Shown here in pieces: positions 56,679 to 64,000 of a stretch of DNA of 64,000 nucleotides. Numbering within the stretch: position 1 is the stretch's first letter; each line of letters begins with the position of its first letter. The notes under the pieces are model-generated. The model had not been told where the DNA came from. It saw nothing but the letters and a program-made list of their open reading frames with translations, and did no database searches. The DNA lies in IMG/VR virus record IMGVR_UViG_3300032007_000067, positions 13,218 to 77,217 of that record; one strand, given 5' to 3'. The stretch is from a virus (lineage: Duplodnaviria; Caudoviricetes). A program made the translations under genes and the position numbers.

Positions 56679-58322
56679 CTATGACATGCCGTAAGATCTC
56701 TGTGTTTTGCCGTCCCAGTCCACATAGGATATGAGATATCGCAAAGCGTCAGCAAGGTGATCCTCGGAATTGGTGTCAAGGTCAAAGTCTTTTTTCGGAT
56801 CTCGGTCAATGTTCGGGATCGTTCTCAGACATTCGGTACAGGTGTTAAAGAAAAACAAACCCGGTTTTTCCCTCGGTAATGTTATACCGTTCACCTTTTC
56901 GGGAACGCTGTTTCTGAGTCGTTTTCTGATGAGTTCCCACCCTACACTTCTCGAACCGCTTTTCTTGTTTGCTCCAACCCATGAAATACCCGGATAAACC
57001 CGATCTCCGATTTTGGTTCTGACGATCATTTCATCAGCAATACAGTGATCATCTTCCTTGTTAAAAATTGCAGAATCGGCAATTCCTGTTTTGGTTCTGC
57101 CGTAATATCCTTCATGAATCTCTGTCATTATGATATTTTTTGCTACATCACGGGCTAACATACAAAGACCGATATTAGGCTTGCCCTTAACACACCCGTA
57201 ATATTCCATAAAGACAAATGCATCGTTTCTGACGGTATTCTTCACAGTTCCGTCTTTCAGTTCCACGGAACTCCCGTCACTCAAAGCTACCCATACCGTT
57301 GCAAATGGTTTAGACCAGCCCCAGTCAAACCCTCTGTATATCTGCCATGTATCCGGTATTCTGAACGGTTGAACCACATGTATTCCGGTGCGGAAAATGT
57401 CATTAAACATACCGTCTCCAAAACTGCAATTCCAGTCTCCGAAAAGCCATGCCTTGCGAAGTTCAGGATCTTCAATGCTTTCAAGTTCAAGAATGTATTC
57501 GGGCGATAAATGGTAATTCTCTTTGTAGGAGCTGAAAATATGCACCTGGGTTTTTATCATTTCTTCTTCACGGCGGGTCTGAGGATTGTACGCCCGCACG
57601 GTTTTTCGGACAATTTTTCCGGCGGGGGCGGGATCAATAAATCTCTGTTTCACCCACTGTTTTCCGGCTCCGGACGGGTTTGTTGTAACCACAATCCTCG
57701 GTCTTAACGGCGGCAAAAACCTGATTTCGGCATCAGGGTGCTCCTTCGGAACCCGTTTTTCAATATGATACCGTGCATAATATTTTTTGTCGATCCAGTA
57801 CGGGTGTTCTTTCGGGTTGAATGATGTACGGTTTGTGGTTTTCATTTTGTCAAAAAACGCCGGAGACGGATTCTTTGAGATTTCATTGTAAAGAATCATT
57901 GCATATTCCTGACCGTGAAACCGTTCGTAATCGTCCTCTGCTCCGCCCTGTCTGAAAAGCAGTTCTTCACCCGTGTCCCAAACCCACTTTTCATCGCCTT
58001 TGGAACTGTAAAATCTCGCCTTTTTCCCGAATATCATCGGAAACAATCTTCTGCTTCTTGCGATAACATCGGCAAGATCCTTGTAATGTAGGTCAATATA
58101 CACACCCCGATAATACGAGCCGTAACCACGCCCGATCTCTTTTGCAAAAATTATGAGACTGACTTCGGTTTTTCCGGTGGCACGAGATCCGGTAAGAGCA
58201 AGCAGATCACAGGGGCATGTCAGGGCTAATTCCTGAGAACTCATGTAATATTTATCGTTGATCACCCGTCCTTTGAACGGAGACCACACAACATTGATAT
58301 TGTCAGGTAATGCTAATGCCAT
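56679..58322 (-). CDS. terL: terminase large subunit
   Basis: GSRATGKT, FHGQEY..ILYNE, TTNPSGAG..WVKQRF, RGFDWG..KPF, nuclease EDHLADALRY. Confidence 0.93.
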   Translation of the reverse strand: MALALPDNINVVWSPFKGRVINDKYYMSSQELALTCPCDLLALTGSRATGKTEVSLIIFAKEIGRGYGSYYRGVYIDLHYKDLADVIARSRRLFPMIFGKKARFYSSKGDEKWVWDTGEELLFRQGGAEDDYERFHGQEYAMILYNEISKNPSPAFFDKMKTTNRTSFNPKEHPYWIDKKYYARYHIEKRVPKEHPDAEIRFLPPLRPRIVVTTNPSGAGKQWVKQRFIDPAPAGKIVRKTVRAYNPQTRREEEMIKTQVHIFSSYKENYHLSPEYILELESIEDPELRKAWLFGDWNCSFGDGMFNDIFRTGIHVVQPFRIPDTWQIYRGFDWGWSKPFATVWVALSDGSSVELKDGTVKNTVRNDAFVFMEYYGCVKGKPNIGLCMLARDVAKNIIMTEIHEGYYGRTKTGIADSAIFNKEDDHCIADEMIVRTKIGDRVYPGISWVGANKKSGSRSVGWELIRKRLRNSVPEKVNGITLPREKPGLFFFNTCTECLRTIPNIDRDPKKDFDLDTNSEDHLADALRYLISYVDWDGKTQRSYGMS

Positions 58323-58804
58323 TATTGCCCTTCATAGTTCTTCTGCATAGTTATCGCCGCCTGTTCCTCCCAGTCGGCATCGCTGACCGGAGTCGGTGAC
58401 ATTATAACATTTGTCATGGCATTGTTAGTTCTTATATCAATCGGTTTATTAAGCCCGTACAGCATACTGATCTGCTTGCAGGCTTCAAGGCGTTCTTTTG
58501 GTGTCCCGGAATCCGCAATGGTTTTCAGGCGGGAAATAACGTATTTAAACGCCTTTTCCACATTCTCCTGTTTATCCGGCGTTCCGAGAACAAATTCTTT
58601 TGCCATCTGTCTTTGAACGTAAGGACAATTCAAAAAAAACAGAATTGCCTGATTAAGTGCCGTGCTTTCCACACCAAGTCGCAGGCATGCTTTTTCGGGA
58701 TCATAGTCCTTGCCGTATTCCTGCAAAAACAGGTCACACAATTTGAGTTCCTTGTCTGTCAGGGTATTTTCCTGTATTTCAAAATTATCGCCCGTTTCCG
58801 ACAT
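58322..58804 (-). CDS. terminase small subunit
   Basis: LTDKELKLCDLFLQEY..DPEKACLRLG; directly upstream of TerL. Confidence 0.75.
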   Translation of the reverse strand: MSETGDNFEIQENTLTDKELKLCDLFLQEYGKDYDPEKACLRLGVESTALNQAILFFLNCPYVQRQMAKEFVLGTPDKQENVEKAFKYVISRLKTIADSGTPKERLEACKQISMLYGLNKPIDIRTNNAMTNVIMSPTPVSDADWEEQAAITMQKNYEGQ

Positions 58805-59300
58805 AATACACCTCTTTCAGTTTTTCGTATTTTTCTGCGAGCCGGTCACATTCTTCGGCAATAGCCAGACTTCTCTCAATCTTTGACCGTAATTCGGCTT
58901 CACTGTAACAGACAAGACCGGCGGGAGTTCCGGTTTTTGAGGACACAGGTTTTCCGGCACTTTCTGAGGGACATTCACGCACCCCGCTAAACTGATACTG
59001 ACCGTTACGAAAGTCAGCAATAACAGTCTCGTATTCATTCCTGATCCGCTCCTCGCTTTCAATCTGTTCCGAAACAATCGCATTGATCTTTTTCTGAGCG
59101 TTTATCTCACTCTGTCTTATCATTCCCGCAAGTTCATTCAGCCGGTTTAAATACTGATTTTCCTGAACCTGACTTTTATCTTTCCATGAGGTATTGCACA
59201 CTGTATATCCCTGATAATACCCGATACCAAAAGTAAGAACCCATATTATACCGGTCAGAATCAGCGGTAAATATTTCAAAAGCCATGCGGGAATGTTCAT
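58785..59300 (-). CDS. i-spanin (Rz-like)
   Basis: N-terminal TM helix, periplasmic coiled coil, follows the holin. Confidence 0.8.
   Translation of the reverse strand: MNIPAWLLKYLPLILTGIIWVLTFGIGYYQGYTVCNTSWKDKSQVQENQYLNRLNELAGMIRQSEINAQKKINAIVSEQIESEERIRNEYETVIADFRNGQYQFSGVRECPSESAGKPVSSKTGTPAGLVCYSEAELRSKIERSLAIAEECDRLAEKYEKLKEVYYVGNGR
58817..59038 (-). CDS. o-spanin lipoprotein (Rz1-like) embedded in the i-spanin gene
   Basis: MNTRLLLLTFVTVSISLAG|C lipobox, Pro-rich mature part, alternate frame inside Rz. Confidence 0.75.
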   Translation of the reverse strand: MNTRLLLLTFVTVSISLAGCVNVPQKVPENLCPQKPELPPVLSVTVKPNYGQRLREVWLLPKNVTGSQKNTKN

Positions 59301-59301
59301 A

Positions 59302-59673
59302 TTAAGCCTTATCGTTCTCGTCTTTTTCTTTCAGTTCATCATCAAGTCCGGCCTTTTTCATGATAAAACGCTTGAAAAGATTAAGGGTAAAATCTGCTCC
59401 TAAATATCCGCCGACACCCGCAACCGCCGATATGATGGTGACGGAATACTGGAAATACAGCATCACCCACCCTATGACAAGTCCGGCGAACGCCGAGGAA
59501 AGCCCTTTGATAATAAAATCAAGGAATACAAACTTTTTTCTGCTACCGAAAAGCGAGCTCAGATAGGATATGAGACCGCCGACACCCGCTACCACGGCGA
59601 ACAAAAGCCCGTTCAGAACTTCTTTTATTTCACCGGTATTAAAAACGTCCTTGAACTCATCTCCGTTAAACAT
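59302..59673 (-). CDS. holin
   Basis: Three hydrophobic segments, AGVGGYLGAD, charged C-terminus; between endolysin and spanin. Confidence 0.8.
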   Translation of the reverse strand: MFNGDEFKDVFNTGEIKEVLNGLLFAVVAGVGGLISYLSSLFGSRKKFVFLDFIIKGLSSAFAGLVIGWVMLYFQYSVTIISAVAGVGGYLGADFTLNLFKRFIMKKAGLDDELKEKDENDKA

Positions 59674-60160
59674 ATTTTTTTCCCTGTTCGTATCTGCGGA
59701 GAACCAGCTTTGCGGCTTCCTGTTTTGTTACTACATGATCTTTATTAAGATCAAGCCCTTTGTTCTGTTCGTACTGTTTGCCATTGACAAACACCGGCGA
59801 ATTTTCAGGCTTGCCGATAAACTTCGGCATAAGAATTGCCATATACATGTCTGACAGGGTTTTGGTACGTTTGTAATAAGGTTTAAAATGCTCAATGACA
59901 TACGGCAGTTGTTCTACAAAACTTTTTCTTCTCATTTCCTGAGCGGTTGTTCCGTATGCTTTGCAAATAGCGGGCATAAACTGAATCAGTCCCACCGCTC
60001 CCGAAACAGAATTTCGTGCTTTAGGATCAAGTCCTGACTCAAATGCCATACACGCAATAAGATAATCAAGCTGATCATCGTTCCATGAAAACAATTTTTG
60101 CAGGTCTCTTAATCCCTGTTTTTGCTCTTCCGATAAAATTCCCGAATAAATCATAGCCAC
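59666..60160 (-). CDS. endolysin (SLT/lysozyme-like fold)
   Basis: MAFESG..P.ARN..SGAVGLIQFMP, YEQNKGLDLNKD. Confidence 0.85.
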   Translation of the reverse strand: MAMIYSGILSEEQKQGLRDLQKLFSWNDDQLDYLIACMAFESGLDPKARNSVSGAVGLIQFMPAICKAYGTTAQEMRRKSFVEQLPYVIEHFKPYYKRTKTLSDMYMAILMPKFIGKPENSPVFVNGKQYEQNKGLDLNKDHVVTKQEAAKLVLRRYEQGKKYV

Positions 60161-60251
60161 CTCACAAACAAAACCCCCGACTATGTAAATATACGATCAT
60201 ATATTTTACACAATATCGGGAGTTATTTGCAAATGTACTTAAAAATTATGC

Positions 60252-60542
60252 CTATTCTGACAAAATATCCGTAACAGTCTCACTGACGGCAATTGCAGTT
60301 TGCTTTTCTCTGAGAATTTGCCATTCCTGCCAAAAGCCTGTTACGATCTCGCAGAATATTTTTGCAAGTCTTTCTGATTTAAACTCAAACACAAAAGACT
60401 CCGGCATCGGAATACCGTTATCACCTTCTTTTGCAATATTTACCACCGCATCAAAACCGAATCGGGTTTTTCTTTTGGTGCAGTTTAAAAAGAATATGCC
60501 GGGTGTGTTCCGGATATACTCTGAAAGTTCGTAACAGGTCAT
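60252..60542 (-). CDS. hypothetical protein
   Basis: 96-aa ORF. Confidence 0.6.
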   Translation of the reverse strand: MTCYELSEYIRNTPGIFFLNCTKRKTRFGFDAVVNIAKEGDNGIPMPESFVFEFKSERLAKIFCEIVTGFWQEWQILREKQTAIAVSETVTDILSE

Positions 60543-60546
60543 AGAT

Positions 60547-61257
60547 TTATTCCATCAGTTTAAGTTCGAGTTCTGCGGTTCCCGTACCCTTAAAAGGCTT
60601 ACCGATCCGCTTTTCCATGTCTTTGATCTTCTGCCAGTATTGCGGTAAATAACGGATCATGGCTTTACATTCACCAAGATTTTTATTTGCACAGCAATAA
60701 CAGCTTACACGTTCAAGAACATCATAAAGATCAACATCACCTTCCTTCCAGTTTATCCCGCTCCGGTAGCATTTTATGAGACAGTCATTCTCTGTCATTC
60801 CCCATAACACAAGCGGATAAACCTTGATATTGTTATTATTGCTCCGCTCAAGTTTTACCCTGTCTTTTTCATCAGAAGCAATACCGACATATTCGCATAT
60901 AGGTTCATTACCATACAGATCGGTATAAAACTGAGTTAAAAGCTGTTTCTTAAAAGTCGTTCCCCATCTTACACGACCACCGCACCATGAATAACCGTAA
61001 TGCGCCCCGCCTTTTTGCTCCCTGACTTCTCTTTCGGCAAAATGATAATCAAAACCATGCGGAAGTTTTAACTGAGCGTGATTAACACCGTGAGCATCGC
61101 ATACCTCACACACCTTGTCCCACACCCGATAAATACAATCAAACTCCTTTCCTAAATCAACCATTACCACGCAGTCAAGCGGCCATTCCTTTTCGATCAG
61201 TCCCAGCACCATCGCAACAGAATCTTTACCGCCCGAACAACTTGCAACGTATTTCAT
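60547..61257 (-). CDS. PAPS reductase-family (PP-loop) protein
   Basis: YVASCSGGKDS PP-loop, SWCGG, YVGIASDE, YPLVLWGMTENDC, RVSCYCC. Confidence 0.85.
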   Translation of the reverse strand: MKYVASCSGGKDSVAMVLGLIEKEWPLDCVVMVDLGKEFDCIYRVWDKVCEVCDAHGVNHAQLKLPHGFDYHFAEREVREQKGGAHYGYSWCGGRVRWGTTFKKQLLTQFYTDLYGNEPICEYVGIASDEKDRVKLERSNNNNIKVYPLVLWGMTENDCLIKCYRSGINWKEGDVDLYDVLERVSCYCCANKNLGECKAMIRYLPQYWQKIKDMEKRIGKPFKGTGTAELELKLME

Positions 61258-61264
61258 TTCATCA

Positions 61265-61368
61265 CCTTACTTTAAGTAAGGCAACCGTCAAGCCTCGTGC
61301 GGAGCACCATGCACAGACGGTTTTATGCCATACTGACTCACAGCGTATGGCAACCTAGTTTCACTAGG
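61265..61368 (-). promoter_or_regulatory. four-hairpin structured leader of the PAPS-reductase-like gene
   Basis: CCTAG/CTAGG, TGCCATAC/GTATGGCA, AACCGTC/GACGGTT with inner GTGC/GCAC, and CCTTAC/GTAAGG covering the SD. Confidence 0.5.
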
Positions 61369-61435
61369 ATAGACTATTTGCTAATCGATCCTTCCCAAAT
61401 CAAATTAAAATCTCCAAAATGTTAAAGATTAAAAA

Positions 61436-61519
61436 TCAAACATCATCATCGTTATCAAAAATAACCCTCAAAAACAGTATCACCATGATAACGATGAAAA
61501 ACAAATCAAACCAGTACAT
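61436..61519 (-). CDS. unannotated 27-aa membrane peptide
   Basis: MYWFDLFFIVIMVILFLRVIFDNDDDV, read by hand; below the ORF-track cutoff. Confidence 0.4.
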   Translation of the reverse strand: MYWFDLFFIVIMVILFLRVIFDNDDDV

Positions 61520-61791
61520 CTACGTACAATTTTCCTCACCTGTATTCTTTCATTGTTATAATTGTTTTCGTAATTATTACAACAATCATTTTCAAAATCA
61601 CAGGGCAGATCATATTCAATTTCAGCAGACGTTTCAACACTCAGTTTATTGCCGGTATCCTCATTATCTTCACCGATATCATCACCGTTGTCATTCTCAT
61701 TATTTTCATTCAGCATGATTTCAATTTCAGCGGGTTCGCTGTCATACTTGCAAAGCACCTCATTCTGAAAAATCAGCGGACGATCATACAT
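61480..61791 (-). CDS. acidic Asn-rich hypothetical protein
   Basis: Start MYDRPL (GGGTGA SD); about 24 D/E versus 8 K/R. Confidence 0.5.
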   Translation of the reverse strand: MYDRPLIFQNEVLCKYDSEPAEIEIMLNENNENDNGDDIGEDNEDTGNKLSVETSAEIEYDLPCDFENDCCNNYENNYNNERIQVRKIVRRCTGLICFSSLSW

Positions 61792-61807
61792 ATCACCCGG
61801 ACGCAAT

Positions 61808-62023
61808 CTAAACACGAAAAACCACCTTGCATTTACGATTAAGCCAACGTACAGACCGGTCATAGAAGAAATAAAGGGAATAAAAGCAGATCAAAGGCAG
61901 AGCAACTGCAATTACAGTTTCGGAACAATTAAAAAATGACATGAGCAGATAAACACCACTCATGCCACAACACCACAAAAACTGTGCAAAACTGTCAATA
62001 ATCAGGGCATAAATATTTTTCAT
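61808..62023 (-). CDS. small membrane protein
   Basis: 71 aa, two hydrophobic segments. Confidence 0.5.
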   Translation of the reverse strand: MKNIYALIIDSFAQFLWCCGMSGVYLLMSFFNCSETVIAVALPLICFYSLYFFYDRSVRWLNRKCKVVFRV

Positions 62024-62073
62024 ACGGTGATTATATCACACACTACTCAAACATCGCACTTCATCAAATATCA

Positions 62074-63003
62074 CTAACCCTCAGAATCAGTGTTTTTGGC
62101 ATTAGCAAAACACAATGCTTTCTTTGTCAGTTTTCCGAACAGCTTTGCAAAGTCAATTTCAGGGAAATTGAACTTAAACACCATATTTGCCGCTTCTTCT
62201 TTGATAAACTCACGGACAACAAGGTTTGCAAATTTCTGAGCTTTTACCGGGTTTTCCTTCGGGAATCTTTCAAGGTACTTGCAGTATTCTTTTTCAAGAT
62301 ACTCCTCGGAAAACCATTCATTAAGCACCGTTTCTAACATGTCAGTATGTGTAGCGTTCGGCTTTTCATAGACAATTTTAGCCCATGTGCATCTCCCGTA
62401 CTGATTGCCGGTCATGCCGTAATCTTTGATAACAAAACCTTCACCATGCGGGAAATTGCTTGTTACGGCAAAACGGGAAAACTCTTTATGAGTCTCGGTA
62501 AGATTATCCACCTCAGACGGCAGGATTTCAAGTGAAGGTACGAAGTCAATTCCCGCATTGACAAGGCTTATATTAAAATCATAAGGATTATACCAGTAGG
62601 CTTTGTTGTCAGCATACATAACGTATATATCAAACATGATAAAGGTGTTTTTCTTTTGCGGGATTATCTTGTATTTATTACCGGTGGCAAATTCACCGTA
62701 AAACACAACATGTTTCACCTCATAATCATTTTTAACGGCAAATGCAAGCCCTGTAAACGCATCTTCCCGCTCCTGAACATACTTTGCAAAACCGTAATTG
62801 TCATTTTCGATGGTCAAAAACCGGTTTCTGCTTCCCGCTTTTACGGTGCAAGTGCCATCATCAGAAAACTCGCAAACCACAACACCGTTCGTCCCGTCAA
62901 GTTTAGGCTGAACGGTAAGCGTATCGCAGTTCTTTAAATATTCAACTTCATCAGTTCCCCAGCGTTCAACGTGCTGATACTTTACATCTTTAAAATCAAT
63001 CAT
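62074..63003 (-). CDS. ATP-dependent RNA ligase (Rnl2-like)
   Basis: Motif I QPKLDGTN, SRNR, FYGEF, FIMFDIY, GEGFVIK, WAKIV. Confidence 0.85.
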   Translation of the reverse strand: MIDFKDVKYQHVERWGTDEVEYLKNCDTLTVQPKLDGTNGVVVCEFSDDGTCTVKAGSRNRFLTIENDNYGFAKYVQEREDAFTGLAFAVKNDYEVKHVVFYGEFATGNKYKIIPQKKNTFIMFDIYVMYADNKAYWYNPYDFNISLVNAGIDFVPSLEILPSEVDNLTETHKEFSRFAVTSNFPHGEGFVIKDYGMTGNQYGRCTWAKIVYEKPNATHTDMLETVLNEWFSEEYLEKEYCKYLERFPKENPVKAQKFANLVVREFIKEEAANMVFKFNFPEIDFAKLFGKLTKKALCFANAKNTDSEG

Positions 63004-63116
63004 GCCTTAAAACCCTTATTTAACAAACACCAACGAAAAACCCCAAAATGCAAATGTTGTAATCACACAACCCATTGCTACACAAAGCCAAATCATCAGC
63101 AGAATCCGCAATGTAT

Positions 63117-63377
63117 TCATGGCATTGTTACCCTGTATATTTCATACTCACTACATACACGCATCGAACGTTTAACACACTTCGCCACATGTGTCGGAAT
63201 CTCCGTTTTAACTCCGGTAACACCATCAGCTTTCGGCACTTTTTCGCCTGCATGATTGATGTATGCGACAGCAACCACCCCTGTAATTAGTATAAAAGTG
63301 ATTGCTACCGTTGCCCATTCTGTTACAGCTTCTGTTGTCTTATTCATTCTTCTGTACTCCGGCATTTTGCTCTGCAA
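63117..63377 (-). CDS. small membrane protein
   Basis: One TM segment; likely start MNKTTE. Confidence 0.5.
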   Translation of the reverse strand: MQSKMPEYRRMNKTTEAVTEWATVAITFILITGVVAVAYINHAGEKVPKADGVTGVKTEIPTHVAKCVKRSMRVCSEYEIYRVTMP

Positions 63378-63595
63378 ATGAGATCACGTAGTGCATCTTC
63401 GGCGTCTTTCAGGTGCGCTTCGCACTCAGCAAGATCATATTCATCATTGCTATCGAAACACCAGCCCCATTCATGAACTGAATCCCACACATTTTCGATC
63501 TGTATCATCGCTTTTTGCAGACTGGCTATGTATTCAGCTTTTGCATGAGCGGTAAACTTTTCACCGTCATGCTGATTCTTTCCACTCATTGTCAA
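63344..63595 (-). CDS. hypothetical protein
   Basis: 83-aa ORF, GGAGG SD. Confidence 0.6.
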   Translation of the reverse strand: MTMSGKNQHDGEKFTAHAKAEYIASLQKAMIQIENVWDSVHEWGWCFDSNDEYDLAECEAHLKDAEDALRDLICRAKCRSTEE

Positions 63596-63831
63596 TCGTC
63601 CTCCACGTCAGGATCCACCACGGACTCATACTCGGCATAGCAATCTTCCATAATTTCCGTGAAATGCAAGGTGTTCACAAACTTTTCAGATTCATCGTCC
63701 TGAATAAGTTCTTCGATCTCCGGAACTGCGTTTTTACGGATCACAAGTTTGATACTGATATCGTCAGGGTTGATCCCAAACCATTCCTTGTCCTTCGGCT
63801 CATTTTCAGGGTACTGAGCATAAGCAATCAT
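63592..63831 (-). CDS. acidic hypothetical protein
   Basis: 79-aa ORF overlapping the next start. Confidence 0.55.
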   Translation of the reverse strand: MIAYAQYPENEPKDKEWFGINPDDISIKLVIRKNAVPEIEELIQDDESEKFVNTLHFTEIMEDCYAEYESVVDPDVEDD

Positions 63832-64000
63832 CAGGTTAAGATAATTCAGAATGTAAACGCTGTTTGTACCTAATATTCGCTCTGTTCCACTCTATAGTTG
63901 ATCTGAAACATTTCATAGGGAATAACTCTCCGTAAAACAGCTAGAAAGTTATTATATGCGGTCTAGCGAATAGACCTCTACTGACTATCCCTTTTACAAA

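Noticed and set aside
61265-61368. Hammerhead ribozyme (GAAA hairpin present)
   Set aside because: No CUGANGA core in the correct position on either strand.
500-63873. Numerous plus-strand ORFs opposite the long minus-strand genes (e.g. 23737..24435, 41136..41945, 52229..52771)
   Set aside because: Fully antisense to well-supported genes, with no SD or recognisable motifs; codon-bias shadows.
1-64000. Prophage/integration features
   Set aside because: No integrase, CI-like repressor, att repeat or host genes recognised; lifestyle cannot be assigned from this window.

Overview
This window is most of the genome of a tailed dsDNA phage (siphovirus-like, long tape measure protein); no integrase is visible and both ends are truncated. 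The host is Gram-negative (holin, SLT-type endolysin, i-spanin with embedded o-spanin), probably an anaerobic gammaproteobacterium, inferred from sigma70 promoters, CRP-consensus boxes and a class III RNR. Almost all genes are on the minus strand. Two plus-strand islands interrupt them: nrdD (split by a group I intron) with an orphan half-methyltransferase, and a family B DNA polymerase block. Layout by coordinate: replication/recombination (0.3-7.8 kb); nrdD; tRNA/ncRNA array (13.2-14.1 kb); paralogous HTH-repeat proteins (14.9-17.2 kb); SDR/epimerase-like gene; PolB; tail tip and fibres; tape measure; tail chaperones with a -1 frameshift; tail tube and neck; a ~9 kb insert (dTMP kinase, Gly/Gln-rich cassette, fibre); capsid, scaffold, portal, terminase; lysis; PAPS-reductase-like gene; RNA ligase. 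The most unusual locus is the RNA operon. A strong promoter with a CRP-like box drives a highly structured ~250-nt leader that includes a twin-loop ncRNA. This is followed by seven tRNA-shaped units, only three with canonical cloverleafs (Tyr, Glu, Met); the other four keep acceptor/T-arm shape but have aberrant anticodon arms. Together with the RNA ligase this suggests a tRNA decoy/repair counter-defence system (inference). All product calls come from motif recognition by eye; no database searches were run.
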